Assembly: GCA_951406725.2 (NCBI GenBank)
Contig: OX597816.1
Coordinates: 29,016,001 to 29,080,000 of the forward strand
DNA: 64,000 nucleotides
Source of the DNA: Octopus vulgaris
Lineage: Eukaryota
Direction: 5' to 3'
Shown here: in pieces, positions 13,151-26,927 of the stretch
Position numbering within the stretch: the stretch's first letter is position 1
How the letters are laid out: each line of letters starts with the position of its first letter
The notes under the pieces: model-generated
The model's input: the letters and a program-made list of their open reading frames with translations, nothing else
Told to the model about the DNA's origin: nothing
Databases searched by the model: none
Program-made: the position numbers and the translations under genes

Positions 13151-13779
13151 TGTTATCTGTTGGAAAAAGACAGCATGGAAATATTCCGTATTATGGGAAG
13201 AAACATGACTAATATCGAATAGCCTTACTGATACCGATATGATAGTAGATAAAATGCAGTAAATTCAATTAGATAGACTACATACTTTATACCAGAGTAA
13301 TTATGATCAGCAGCTCAAATGAGAAGAAAACAGCATCCTATTCATCACCTCCATAATCATGACCATCATCTTTATCATTAGCAGCAACAAAGGTAACATG
13401 ATGACCACCAACACAATGAACATCACAGTGAATAAAACCAACACTATTATCAATACCACCACAACAACCAAAAGCATTTTCCTCCTCATCGTCATCTTCA
13501 GCAGCAGGAGCAGAAGCAATTGAATACGGAGCAGCTGTAGCAGTAGCAGCATTTTATTCCTGGCCTTTATCTCTGGTATAATGGTAGAATATCGTTGAAT
13601 GACGAAGTGTCTTGTGGTATTTCTCACGTCCTTCTAATATATGGCTTCAAATCGTTCCAAGGTCAAATTTACTTCTCATCCATTTGCGGCTGATAAAATA
13701 TAGTACCAGTCAAATGTTGTGGTCGATATAATCGTCTAGCCTCCAACGTTTAACTGGCGGTACTTCTGCAAAGAGTTGC

Positions 13780-13960
13780 AACAATTAGCCGGCAGTGTGC
13801 TTGCAGAATATTTAGCATTTCGATACGAAGCAAAGCTACATGTCAACCGACTCTTTGCCTTCTCAGTTCGATTTCCGATGAGATCGACATCGCCTTTCAT
13901 TCTTTCGGATGAAGTAATGATTAAGCACTGGGGTCGATATAATCGATTAGCCCTCTCCCC
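13780..13960 (+). mobile_element. Old SINE family C copy
   Basis: Degenerate match to 54832-54980 (gagatcgacatcgcctttcattctttcgg...ttaagcactggggtcgatataatcga). Confidence 0.6.
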
Positions 13961-13990
13961 ACATAGTTCAGGTTTTTGTCTATAGTATTA

Positions 13991-14035
<45 letters not shown>

Positions 14036-14129
14036 GTTGTTGTTGGTGTTGTTGTTGATGTTGTTGTTGTTGATGTAGTTTTCCTTCTCAGAGTGCTCAG
14101 TTTTGCTTGCTCTTGTAGATTCTGTGAGA

Positions 14130-15603
14130 GCGGACAGCAACCTGCTGTCAGAGGTCTCACAGTGGCAACTCCGCGTATAGCTGCTACTCTGCTCCCTGGT
14201 GGTAGGACTGCACACTCTACGTTTAAGCTTCACCTTAACTTCGCAAGTTCACCAATGTCTGTTTGCAGTATTTCAAGGACGCCGGACAACGGACAATTGC
14301 TCGCACAATGCCGCCAAATTGTTTGGGATGAATGCACAATGGCTCACAAAGGTGCCCTTGAGACATTAGATAGAACTTTGCGAGACGTAAAGGAAAGCCA
14401 CGAACCGATCGGGGTGTCACTCTCTTGCTATCTGGGGACTTTAGACAAACCTTGCCAGTGATTCCGAAAGGCACAAGGGCGAATGATGTAATGGCGTATC
14501 TTAAGTCTTCACATCTATGGGGTTATGTTGATAATATAAAGTTAGAATCCAGCACGAGAGCGCGCCTCCATGAGGACCCATTGTCAGAAGATTTTGCGAG
14601 GGACATTCTGCTTCTTGGCAATGGTGAAGTTCCACAGGACGGAAATGAAGATGTTAACATAAGTAACATTTGCACAATAGCCAGTAGTATCCATATTCTT
14701 CAGGACCAGGGATCCCCAGACCTAGAAGTCCACAACAGAGATCTTGATCTGCTTTGCCAAAGAGCCATTTTCGCTCCTAAAAACGTTGCGGTCGGTGCAA
14801 TCAACAACAACCTCTTACTGCTTTTGCCTGAGGATGAGACAGTCTATAAGTCTATAGACAGCATTCCCAATCAAGATGAGGTAGTTGATTATCCCACTGA
14901 ATTTTTGAGTTCCTTGGAGCCTTCAGGTGTACCTCTACATATTCTTACTCTTAAAGTAGGTAGCTCTGTTATGCTGATAAGGAATATACATCCACTGACG
15001 TTGTGCAACGGTACACGCCTTGTTATCACCAAATTAATTCCCAGTGTCATTGTAACAACGATTATGACCGTCTGTAGTAAAGGTCAAGACGAACTAATAC
15101 CGCGAATTCCCCACGTGCCTTAGGCTGCTGACTTACAGTTCACATTCCGCAGAGTGCAATTTCCGATTAGACTCAGTTACGCCACGTCCATTAATAAGTC
15201 CCAGGAGCAGTCGCTGTCTGTTGCTGGACTTTACTTCGCCGAACCATGCTTTTCACACGGCCAATTGTACGTTGGCTGTTCCATATTGGATTATAGGAAC
15301 TGTTTGCATGTCATCATTCTCCAGAGGAAAGCTAAAAATGTTGTTTATAAGGAAGTGTTTAGACTTGCCATACTGGCGCCATATTTCAGTCATACGTTGA
15401 TGCTGTTATAATATTCGTTGCCTTAAATTTTCGCTTGATTGTTGTCGTAATATTACACGTGCAGTTTCCCTAAAGAGTTACTTAGGTGTTAGTCTTGCCA
15501 GAAAGCGTGAAAGGTGCTTAAGTGGGGTGGGTGCTAATCGCTTTAGTAGTTGCTAAGCCTTTTCGAACTAAGGCATCCGGGCAACGCCGGGTACGCCTGC
15601 TAG
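14130..15603 (+). mobile_element. Helitron 3' half encoding a frameshifted PIF1-like helicase, with intact 3' terminus
   Basis: PIF1 motifs: IAATLLPGGRTAHSTFKL, IVWDECTM, GDFRQTLPVI, LCNGTRL, QFPIRLSYATSINKSQ, FSHGQLYVG. 3' hairpin ccgggcaacgccggg (15577-15591), then CTAG|T at 15600-15604. Confidence 0.93.
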
Positions 15604-15619
15604 TTTGCAATATCATCAG

Positions 15620-18000
15620 TTTGTTTCAGGAATTAGCCGTGTAATTACTACTGTTTTCAACTGCTTGTTCGGTTGCTTTTGCATATATCTGGCAATCAAT
15701 AGTGATCTTTCTTACTGACACAGCAAATATTTTCAAAGCAAATATCACATTGCTAACAGAACTCTGACTCCTTTCTTTCTTGGTATATAAATCATGTACT
15801 GTGGTGCGCATTGTGAATTCTAAACAGGTTTTTGGTTCTATTTTGTTTGTGGATCCCTATAATTGTCTATTTTATAAAAAGTGCAGACTGGCTTAATATT
15901 GGGATGACTCGTGTATTTATTACTTTTGATAATTTTTCCTCCATTAAATTTTCCTTCAATCACCTTTCTAATTCTTCCCTTGAAATCTTTGGGAATTTTC
16001 TCTCTCATTTCGCCTTCATCTACTCTATTTTCTGTATATCTACAGTCACGTACATTGTTCAGTATTTCGCAGCGATCTAATGGTATCATTTGGAATTTTT
16101 TATATCAGAATTTTGGGCATCCCTCTTAAGTAACATTTCGTAATTATTTACCCTAAATTGCATCCCAGTATCCTTGCTAAATGCTCTCATTGTTTAGATG
16201 AGAGAACCCAAGACATCTTCATCTTTGCATTTATAGTTTGTCGTTACCCATTATTGTTGGTAGGTTACTTTCACTCGGAATTTGACAAACTCATAGGTAA
16301 CCCTGTAATTTCTCGACGTGTTTTTAAGATGGATTATCGCAATAACGAAAATTAACGGAGAAATCGACTCTACATGGAATATTGTTATGTGAATTGCCAC
16401 GCTTTCGAGTGATTATTTTGTAACTGTAATTTCTATATCCTACGATGCAAATATTTGTTCTTAAAATTTATGCTTCACATTTCATGTATCCCGAATGATC
16501 TCAGGTACTCCAAAATCCAGACCTGTAGTACACTGTTATAAGTCTTCCTCCTAAAAGTACCCTATAGGTACCCCGTTTAATATCATTCTGTCAATGTTGA
16601 TCAGATCAGCAGTTTTGGCAATAAATTATCATTGTTAGAAAGTTATATATATCATCTGCGATGAAGCCAGGGTAATCGTATGTACGTATTAGATATGTAA
16701 TTGCTGGTTTCCTCTCCGTTTCTTTGATCTTTTGTGTCAGCATTGTCTTTTGTTTCGTAAGTCATGGAGTTCTATTTTCTATACAGTCAATAAGAAACGG
16801 TGGAATATAACAACGTGTATCTGAGTTTATTCGATCCAGAAATATTGAGCAACGTCATTTCCATGGACTATCCAGTTCAGTATTTTCATAAGTATCACTG
16901 TTACTTACTCATCTGTGGAGGCGCAATGGCCCAGTGGTTAGGGCAGCGGACTCACAGTCATAGGATTGCGGTTTCGATTCCCAGACCGGGCGTTGTGAGT
17001 GTTTATTGAGCGAAAACACCTAAAGCTCCACGAGGCTCCGGCAGGGGATGGTGGTGATCCCTGCTGTACTCTTTCACCACAACTTTCTCTCACTCTTACT
17101 TCCTGTTTCTGTTGTACCTGTATTTCAAAGGGCCGGCCTTGTCACTCACTGTGTCACGCTGAATATCCCCGAGAACTACATTAAGGGTTCACGTGTCTGT
17201 GGAGTGCTCAGCCACTTACACGTTAATTTCACGAGCAGGCTGTTCCGTTGATTCGGATCAACCGGAACCCTCGTCGTCGTAACCGACGGAGTGCTCCTTA
17301 AAAAAAAACTTACTCATCTACAATATTTATCTATTCTTGTTCTATTTCTATTTTTATTTTCCCTTTGGTTGTTGAATTTTAATAACCAGTTGACATCCAT
17401 CGTATATTTTACTTCTCTTCTCTAAATATCTACCAGATCCGACTTGCTGCAACATCATGTGGTTCATCATTTCCACAATTTTCATTTTCATTTTCATTTT
17501 CAGCCGTTTATAGAATTTCTTTTCATTGATTCTAAATAATCTTTCTGTTGGTATTGGTTTAGTCTTTATAGGTATTTAAATATTTTTATATCTTTTTTAT
17601 TAATTATCTAAAATCATTTGTGCCTAATATTGTAACTTCATTGAAAGTCCTTCCTGTGTCGTAGCATCAATATATTTTTAATCATTGCATTTACCATTCC
17701 AAGACCTCCATTTATCGGTTGAAATCGATTCTCAAGGCTCTACTTCCACTCTGCAAACTTTTCTCTTGATTTCCTTGATTTTCAACCAAAAGATGTTCCT
17801 CAGTAACAGTCACTTCGTAATATATGAGGTCACTTACAAGTTTAAATTCAAACAGAAATTTTTTAACAGCTCGGTGTTTCTTTATAACATTACGTAGATT
17901 TTCTTTATCGATTCTTTTTGAAGCAGGTGCTATCTTTCCTTCATTTGTTTTGTCTCATTTAGATGTTAACTCTGCAGTTAGAACTCGTTAGTTTTGATCC
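15620..18000 (-). pseudogene. Decayed RTE-X-like LINE reverse transcriptase region, interrupted by a SINE
   Basis: KDFKGRIRKVIEGKFNGGKIIKS resembles RTE-X KEY.RRVRKILKSKLNGGN.IKA, and VHDLYTKKER resembles VDRLY.PRKEG. Many stops. Confidence 0.55.
16915..17307 (+). mobile_element. tRNA-derived SINE family B, full length with TSD
   Basis: A box tggcccagtgg and B-box-like gtttcgattccc, A-rich tail, 12-bp TSD acttactcatct (16903-16914 / 17308-17319). Near-identical to 62840-63229. Confidence 0.93.
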
Positions 18001-18163
18001 CACAGAACTGCAATCCCTATCGGAATAATATAATGCAATGACATGATTCCAAAGAAATTATAACATACAAGAAGAAATGTACCATCAACAACTTGCATAA
18101 CTTGTATGTTCTCCTCATGTGCCTCACTGCATCATAACGCAGCTCACATGTGAAACAGTTATT

Positions 18164-18195
<32 letters not shown>

Positions 18196-18509
18196 CACTA
18201 CCACCACCACCACCACCACCAAAGTATTAGAAAATAATATTGAACTAACATAGAAACGCAAACTTAAATATTCAAAATGCAATTCTGCATACATTTGTAC
18301 AACACAAGGTTGCACCTATTGTTCTAATTAGGCATATTAATGCATACTTTCTAAGATGCAGGTAGCCTCTTTTTGCATCGTATTTGCGTTAAATGGATTA
18401 TCGCAGAATATAACATATGTCAGAATAATTTTAAACGAGTAAATGCAATTGATGCATAAATTCACAATTCCCATATAACAATGTGTATATCGTGACGTAT
18501 ATTTGCCAT

Positions 18510-18790
18510 TTGAATATGGCTAACCCCTAAGGGGGGATGCTACTGTAGTTTGTAGCCCCAGGAGGACACCTCCTCCAGTTGGCTATAGACACACTTTCTG
18601 TGCCCTATCAGTATTTGCAAAAGGAAGCCATCCTTCCCGTCTTCAACTTATGATACACACGGACTCGAGTTTCTGGATATTGACCCGTCATCGGCGTGTG
18701 ACAATCACAGTTGTCGACGAAAAGTTGGTTCCCTTCGCAAATACTTATCCCTTTTCTAGTATCGTAAAGACACTGATATCGAAAAGGTGT
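18510..18790 (-). mobile_element. Hammerhead-containing dispersed repeat (pLTR/retrozyme-like)
   Basis: Homologous to ~34205-34400 (+). Contains the hammerhead at 18656-18700. Confidence 0.7.
18656..18700 (-). ncRNA. Minimal type I hammerhead ribozyme (U4C variant)
   Basis: Minus strand: cacacg-CCGATGA-c-GG-gtcaatat-CC-a-GAAA-C-TCGA-GT-C-cgtgtg. Perfect 6-bp stem I, palindromic stem III, GUC site. Confidence 0.75.
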
Positions 18791-19069
18791 AATCAAACAA
18801 TAATAAATCATAATAAATGATAAATAATTAATAATTTATTAATGTGTATATCAATGTCTTTGATTCTTTTTGTTTTTAATATTTAGGTGTATCCTAAATT
18901 TACTTCACACAGGTAACAGCGGTAACAAGTAAAATACAACCATCAGTTACGGTACAACCAGTTTCATTTTCATCAAAAGTACTTACTTTATAGTAGGTAT
19001 TCTAATTAATATTATCAGTAATATTAATAGTAATATTAATATTATTTTATTAATATTATAGTAATATTG

Positions 19070-19474
19070 TAGGCGCAGGAGTGACTGTGTGGTAAGTAAC
19101 TTGCTTCCCAACCACATGGTTCCGGGTTCATTCCCACGGGCATTGCACCTTGGGCAAGTGTCTTCTACCTAAGCCTCGGGCCGACCAAAGCCTTGTGAGT
19201 GAATTTGGTAGAAGGAAACTGAAGGAAGCCCGTCGTATATATGTATATATATATATATATGTATATTTGTATGTGTTTGTGTCTGTGTTTGTCCTCCCAA
19301 CATCGCTTGACGACCGATGGGGGTGTGTTTACGTCCCCGTAACCAAGCGGTTCGGCAAAAAACACCGATAAAAAAGTACTAGGCTTACAAAGAATAAGTC
19401 CTGGGGTCGATTTGCTCGAATAAAGGCGGTGCTCCAGCATGGCTGCGGCCAAATGACTGAAAGAAGTAAAAGAG
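19070..19474 (+). mobile_element. tRNA-derived SINE family A (octopus-type, internal microsatellite)
   Basis: A box gtgactgtgtgg, B box ggttcattccc, internal (TA)/(TG) tract, 3' gtaaaagag tail. Seven copies in the window. Confidence 0.92.
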
Positions 19475-19569
19475 TATAACTGTAACATTATTGAGCCGGA
19501 ACGTGTTCCCAAATTTACTTTGTCTTTCCCGATATTCTAATCATTCATCCTTTAGCGTCGTCTTCAGCA

Positions 19570-20161
19570 TGCGCATCCGCATTATCATGATCATCATCAT
19601 GATTATCATGATCGCCTCCTCCTCCTCCTAATCATCATCATCATCATCATCCTCATCCTCATCCTCCCCATCCTCCTCATCATCGTCGTCCTCTCCTCAT
19701 CATCATCAACAAAATTCTCCTCCTCCTCCTCCTCCTCCTCTCATCATCATCATCATCCCCCTCCTCCTCCTCCTCATCATCAATTGAAATTTAATCAACA
19801 AAGGCAGCGGCAGAAGCTTTTTGCCATAGCAACAGAAGCAGCTGCCTCCTTCGTAAACTTCATCATGGAAGGCGTCGACTTCCTTATCTTATAAATACTA
19901 ACTTCTGCATTTATCACATTCGTCGTCATCAGCTTCTTGCTTGCTATAGTGTACGCCATCGCCTTCTTCATTATCGTTGTTGTTGCCATCATGGTCATCG
20001 CTATCACAATTATCGCCATCATCAACATCGCCATCATCATCATCATCATCATCGTCGTCGTTGTCGTCGTCGTCGTCGTCATCATCATCATCATCGCCAT
20101 CATCGTCATCACCACCACCACCACCACCACCATCATCATTATCATCATCATCATCATCATC

Positions 20162-20199
<38 letters not shown>

Positions 20200-20500
20200 A
20201 TGATGATCATCATCATCATCATCATCATCATCACCGTAATCATCATCGCCATAATCATCTTTATCATCAACTTTATCATCATGAAAACCATGAGCATATT
20301 CAGTATCGAATATCATTATCAATATTATTATTAGCAGTAGGATTACTAGTAGTGGAAGTAGTAGCAGCAGCAGTAGTAATAGTAGTAGTAGTAGTAGAGG
20401 TAGTAATAGTGTTATCGTCATCATCATCATCGTTATCACTACTACTATTACTACTACTCGACACCAATTGTCATCCGACATGATCATCAACTTCACCATC
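19570..20500. repeat. Compound trinucleotide low-complexity array (CAT/CCT/CGT/GAT/AGT)
   Basis: Seen directly; includes an abrupt (CAT)n to (GAT)n to (CAT)n strand switch at ~20160-20232. Confidence 0.95.
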
Positions 20501-21224
20501 ATACTCCGTTACCTTTGCGCCAGTTAACCGTCACCGCTATCGCTTTTACAAATCGTATATAATTACCAATTCCCAAATATTGTTAATGATTACAGCGATA
20601 ACAAGGAAGTTAGCTTCGATTTTTTTCTTCCTATTTTCTCTTCATTCTTCATAGCTTATCTCCAAATTTTCTTTTTAGACAGCTGTAAATGAAACAATTG
20701 TGAAAATTATCACGTTCTTCTAATCTATAAGTTGAAGACAGAACGTTTTCAATTAGTTAAAACAACGATCAAATTAAGGAAACTTACCAATAAGCTGTGA
20801 AATAATTGAAAAACTGAACTATTTATAACTGGATTGTTTCAATTTCAATCAATAATTAGTTGGATTAATAATACACTATATGATATTTACAGGTGAGGAT
20901 TTTTAAGAGAATAAAGATCATAATAAATAAAATTTTTAGACGAAAGAATAGATTTATCAATAGATTGTTATTGAAATTTTTAAGTATGTGCAAATATATA
21001 ACATAGATTTTTTCTGTATGGGTATATATAGATATGTGTGAGTATGCGCGTCTATGTGTTCGCATGTATACACACAGATACACACATGTATGTATGTCTA
21101 TCTATCTACCTATCTATTTATCTATCTAGCTTTCTAATTATACTAAGCCACCTTGAGCATAATCCTATGAACCCGGAAAATTTTAAAACAGACAGTTACT
21201 TACTTGCAAATAAATGTGTTAACA

Positions 21225-21460
21225 TGTGACATTATTGACCGAGGTTACCGTAGTCTTTTGCGTAGGCTTTTCTTTCCACGAATATATCTTATCTGCTTCC
21301 CCCTTTACTCCTTACATCATGACATTTCTGTGATACACGATCCCTTTTGATCGTTTTTTCTATCCTTTTTACGATCTCTTTTGATCGAAAACCTACCCCA
21401 CTTTTTTTTATCCTTTGTAATTTATCCCGACAGTGTTCAGCCATGTGTGGTTAATAAATC
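21225..21460 (+). mobile_element. Solo 3' UTR fragment of the Tx1/L1 family
   Basis: Matches 39000-39325 (attgaccgaggttaccgt.gtctttt.cgtaggcttttctttccacg...tgtgtgg.taataaa). Confidence 0.85.
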
Positions 21461-21720
21461 TTTCTAATTATATATATATATATATCTTACTCTCTCTCTC
21501 TCTCTCTACATATATGTGTGCGTGTGTGTGTTTGTGCATACATACATACATACATACATACATACATACATACATACATACATACATACATACATACATA
21601 CATACATACGTGCCGAAATTGCGAGGATGATCCGGTTCTTGACTGAAGATTGAAGGCTTCGAATGTCCCGTCCGTGTTTTTTGTATCATCTTCTAAATGT
21701 TTTGCGTTCTTGTCCCAGTT

Positions 21721-21779
<59 letters not shown>

Positions 21780-22753
21780 GATATCCATCAGTCACGAAAG
21801 GCCAGAGATCTGCGCCGAAAAAATCATGTTAGCTGCCAATGGTTGCGCAGCGTTTTTTGTGTCTCTAATACAGGCCCATACGGGAGTGCCAATCATGTAT
21901 AAAGCGACTACATTTGAAGGAGCTCTCTACCAGTGCTCTCTGATTTTCCTTTTGTCGAGTGAACCTCTCTCTGATGGCGAGTACCTGACTTACTTCTGCT
22001 CTCTTCACTCTCTTTCGCAGTTTTTGCCTCCAGTATGGGCGGTCATTTGCAACCTCCTCCCATTTCAAGACATCCAGATCAAGCGACTTCACAGTGTTGT
22101 TGTCTTTGCTTTCGGCACTTTTCCTGTAGATGTCGGTGAGGGAACATCTTGTCGATGGTGGGGCGTTTTGCTCTGAAACTACACTGAGGTTCGCGGCATA
22201 TCTTCTCGGCGATTTTCTGTAGCCTTTTTAGGACCATGCAGGCAAAGTCTTTCCCAACGATGCTTAAGAGCATGATGCCTCGATAATTATCGCAGTGGTT
22301 TTTGGCTCCGTTGTCTTTTTTATATATGGTGACAATGTTGCAGTCTCTCACGTCTTGTGGTATTGAAACCTCCTCCCAGCACCGATACGGTAGCTTCAAC
22401 AAGTGGCTAAGTAGAACACTCTTTGCACATCTGATGATCTCTAGTGGGATGCCATTCAAACCTTGTTCTCTTCTGGTGGGCAAGCAATCAGTGGCTCTGC
22501 TCAGTTCTTCATCAGTTGGCAGTGGGTTCAGCTCCTCCATAACAGGTAGGTGTTCTACGGTGTCTAGGGCACTGTCCGATATTTTTTTTTTTCTTTAGCG
22601 TAGAGTTCGGAATAATGTTCCGCCTATACCCTCAGCTGCTCTCTTTTGTCCTTGATAATTTCCTCTGTTCTGGATTTGAATGGAGATATCTTGCCCTGGG
22701 TTGGGTCGATGGCTTTCTTGATATCCTCATACATTCCACGGATGTTGCCTGTG

Positions 22754-22760
<7 letters not shown>
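21780..22760 (-). mobile_element. RTE-clade LINE fragment (RT N-terminus joined to C-terminus)
   Basis: CWEEVSIPQDVRDCNIVTIYKK...CDNYRGIMLLSIVGK...PQCSFRAKRPTIDKMF is joined directly to the C-terminal WEEVANDRPYWRQ...HSRMGLY, indicating an internal deletion. Confidence 0.88.
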
Positions 22761-22793
<33 letters not shown>

Positions 22794-22940
22794 TATGAAT
22801 ATTATTATAATTAGGGTTCAGCAAAAATTTGCTTCACCACATATCGAACTTTTAAGAAGAAACTCCCAGATAACATATACTCAAAACAACCCACGTAGAC
22901 AGAGAGGAAAAACAATGAAATTCTCTCGGTATTTGATTAC

Positions 22941-23021
22941 CTGTGGACGCGTTTCTGAATTAGATCGATATGAAGAATGCAAAAATCACATTTCACCAGA
23001 TCATTTTCCTCTTCAGCACAG
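22941..23021 (-). ncRNA. Type I hammerhead ribozyme with extended stem II
   Basis: Minus strand: ctgtg-CTGAAGA-g-gaa..gatc..tgaa.atgt..gcat..ttca..gatc..ttc-a-GAAA-C-GC-GT-C-cacag. Perfect 5-bp stem I, intact core, palindrome ACGCGT, GUC site. Confidence 0.8.
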
Positions 23022-23879
23022 CAATTCAAGATTTTAAATTTGAAGAGCTGAAAAAATTGAACATACCTATCCAATTCAAGTAGTATCAGACAAACTATAT
23101 CCAATGAGCCGTACCAACGAATTCAAAAGATACGGATGAGGTATCGTGTCTTCCCTCACCCAACCACATGTATTGTCGAGTAAAAGATTCTACAGAAAAA
23201 AGCTGTAGTTTATTATCAGGGAGAGAATTATATTATCAATAATAATAGAGGGTAAAATTAATTAAGTAATTAATAATTATTAATTCCACCAGGTAGGATT
23301 CGGCATGTTACAAGGACCATTTTCGGTAAACTTAAACAACATTTATAATTATGAGTATAATTATGAGTTGTCGGGGAGTTTCTTCTTATAGTAGAAAAAT
23401 AGCTAAGTTCTTCGGCTGCTATTTCTAAAGTTCTGTATGTGGTGAAGCAAACTTTTGCTGAACCCTAGTCATAATTATTCTTTATACGTATGTATAAATA
23501 GGAAGGACTTACCGAACCATCTTCAGAATAAGTTGAGCATAAACGGAATGCAAAGAAACTGCAATGTTTTAAATTTCAATTTAAATTTTCATTCAAAATT
23601 GTTACCCGTCATGTTGACATCCGTGAGTAATATCTGAAAATATAAGATAATATGATATTTATACATTAACTTCGAAAATCTATCTCTAAAATTTCATTGT
23701 AAATGTTTATTGCGAATTTTTCGTAGAGTCACAACAATTACAGCGAGTAAATATTGTTATCAAGTTAAGCAAATATGCACTAATAATTTCGCCATCTAAT
23801 GAAACCAGTTCGCATTATAGTAAAATGCAGGTTGCTATTTGTATCGTGTATCTGGATGTTTTGCGTCCTTGTCCCATTT

Positions 23880-23938
<59 letters not shown>

Positions 23939-24245
23939 TTATAGATAAACACTCGAACAAACTTTTGAATTTGAGAAAAACATATGCAACAGGATTTGTC
24001 GTTCTATAATGTTTTTGGCATGTATTTTACATTTCTACCTAAATTTATTCCGCAGTTAAAAATAGTTCTGAAAGGAAAATATATGAGTTACTTACAGAAA
24101 AGTATCACAAAGGTCCAAAAGGAAAATAAATATTGCAAATAATATATATTGCTTTAGGCCGATCGATAAGTGGAGACATTACAATTTTCTCAGCTATGCT
24201 GCGACAAGAAGCAATGTATTTTATATTTAAGTGAGAGATAAGCTT

Positions 24246-24334
<89 letters not shown>

Positions 24335-24639
24335 ACAAACAAACATACTCATATATTTTTTTGTTTCTGTCTATTTTCGTCATTTTATATCAGCACACTT
24401 TTAGGGTTTCGCTATCTGCTATAATTTATCTTAATTTTCGTTTCTTGCAGTGTTGTAGCTTATGATTATATCATTTATTATAGGATAAGTTCTATATACA
24501 GTAAAGAGTAAAATTTTGTGCATGGAAATAGAACTTATGTGTGTCAGTGAGCGTCTCTGTGTTTATGTATGAATGATTTATGTATATTTACTCCTGCTAC
24601 GTATGTACTAGCAATGCGCTATACAGTGGTATTCATATG

Positions 24640-24675
<36 letters not shown>

Positions 24676-25111
24676 CATGAATACCACTGTATACCGCATT
24701 ACTCCAACATGTGTACAGTCGTAAATATACATAAAAACACTCATATCTTGGAAATTTATTACTCTATTATCTTAATTAATTTCAATCCGACACGTGTTTC
24801 TACTGGAAGAGTGTCCCAGTGCCCTTTGATGTGGTACTTGAATGGCTTTAATTGATTCAGTCGCTGTAAATATTTATCCAAATTTGACATTCGTATGCAG
24901 CTTTGTTCAAGACTTTACCAATGCGGGGGGCGGAGGGTGAAGCAAAAAAGAAGCGAACTCCAGTGAACAGTATTATATAGTCCAAGTTAAAGTATATTGT
25001 AAGTAAGGGAACATAAACCACAGGATATATGACAGAAGACTGTGCCTTGAAATATGACTATAGTTCTAGTATTACTTAAACTTAAAACGACAATTTTAAT
25101 ATAGTTATTAA

Positions 25112-25510
25112 TGGAGTAGGGGTGGCTGTGTTGTAAGTAGCTTGCTTACCAACCACATGGTTCCGGGTTCAGTCCCACTGCGTGGCACCTTGGTCAAGTG
25201 TCTTCTACTATAGCCTCGGGACGATCAAAGCCTTGTGAGTGGATTTGATAGACGGAAACTGAAAGAAGCCCGTCGTATGTATATATATATGTATGTGTGT
25301 TTGTGTGTCTGCGTTTTTCCTCCCAACATCGCTTGACAACCGATGCTGGTGTGTTTACGTCCCCGTAACTTAGCGGTTCGGCCAAAGAGACCGATAGAAT
25401 AAGTACTAGGCTTCCAAAGAATAAGTCCTGGGGGTCGATTTGCTCGACTAAAGGTGGTGCTCCAGCATGGCCACAGTCAAATGACTGAAACAAGTAAAAG
25501 TATAAAAGAG
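25112..25510 (+). mobile_element. SINE family A
   Basis: High similarity to 19070-19474. Confidence 0.92.
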
Positions 25511-26522
25511 TAATGGAACAGATTATATCATAGGTTAGGATCCATTTATACCACTGACCACTCGCATTGAGGATAATATGATACTATATAAAATAAATGA
25601 ACAAACTTAGAAGGAATGAAAAAGTGATGAATTAAATATATTTTCAGGGTATTCGGAACGGTCCATAGCATTAAATTTCTATATCTTTTTGAAATATTAG
25701 AAACTTAATATTAATTGAGACGAATAAAGTTATAAATCTAATTATAAATTATCTTAATTCACACACCCCACCCCACCGTAATTGTGTAAGTCTTCAAAAA
25801 TGCAACTAAACTATATTGGCGATTATTTGACAAGTTTAATTTATATGCACTTGTATCTACGTGATTTCTAATTAATAGTCCTTATATGGAAATTACTTAA
25901 ATAGATTTTCTAAATGAATGTGAGCTAATTCTATTTCGCGATTTAATAACGAGAAATTAAAGGTAAATATATGGCATATACTGCTACATCAAAGGACACT
26001 GCGACATTTATCCAGTAGACTGGAATTTAATGAGAATAATACAGTAATAAATTAATTTTCAAGATGTATACTTCTCTTTTCTTCTCTATGATGTCTTGAT
26101 TATAAATTCTGTATGCTGTATGAAGTCCAATGAAGCGAAATCAAGATTTACTTTTTGAATGAAGTACCGTCTGATTGTTTCTTTCTTAAATAATGCTCTA
26201 CGTCTCCTCCCATTCGATGCAGCTAGCCAGATCTGGATTATATCAGAGTTAAAAGGTCCCCCGCTTGGATACCAAATTCCTATTCCTTTAAAGGACAACC
26301 TTGCGGCCTACTACCTCAACAAATACTTCCCTACATAATAAATTATTCTTTCTCATAGCTCTGAAAATTTTTTTTAAACCACTACTTTCCATTTCCTTTA
26401 TAACCTCTCCACTCTCTAAAGTGGTCTCGTCTACCCTTCATTAACTCCGTACTTAATTCTATCCCACGCCTTTGGATACTAACTTGCCAACCTCTACCGT
26501 CTCCCTATTCACCTCCTTCTTT

Positions 26523-26927
26523 CTTTTATTCTTTTATTCTTGTATTAGTTTCAGTCATTTGACTGTGGCCATGCTGGAGCACCGCCTTTAGTCGAGCAAA
26601 TCGACCCCAGGACTTATTCTTTGTAAGCCTAGCACTTATTCTATCGGTATCTCTTGCCGAAACGCTATGTGACGTAAACACACCAGCATTGGTTATCAAG
26701 CGATGGTGAGGGGGCGGGGGGATAAACACAGACACACAAACATGTACATACACATATATATACGACGGGCTTCTTTCAGTTTCCGCCTACCAAATCCACT
26801 CACAAGGCTTTGGTCGGCCCGAAGCTATAGTAGAAGACACTTGCACAAGGTGCCACGCAGTGGGACTGAACCCGGAACCATGTGGTTGGTAAGCAATCTA
26901 CTTACCACACAGCCACTCCTGCGCCTA
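26523..26927 (-). mobile_element. SINE family A
   Basis: Reverse complement of the family consensus. Confidence 0.92.

Noticed and set aside
16916-16990. tRNA gene-like sequence (also at 62843-62915)
   Set aside because: It is the head of a SINE with body, tail and TSD; the acceptor stem is incomplete.
19795-20502. 235-aa minus-strand ORF
   Set aside because: Built from triplet repeats lacking stop codons; no domain recognised.
21640-21672. CTGAAGA..gaaggcttc-GAATGTC as a hammerhead
   Set aside because: GAAA core broken, stem II loop too short, stem I unconvincing.
24095-24200. Minus-strand exon-like segment with gtaagt donor
   Set aside because: Stop codons in all three frames.
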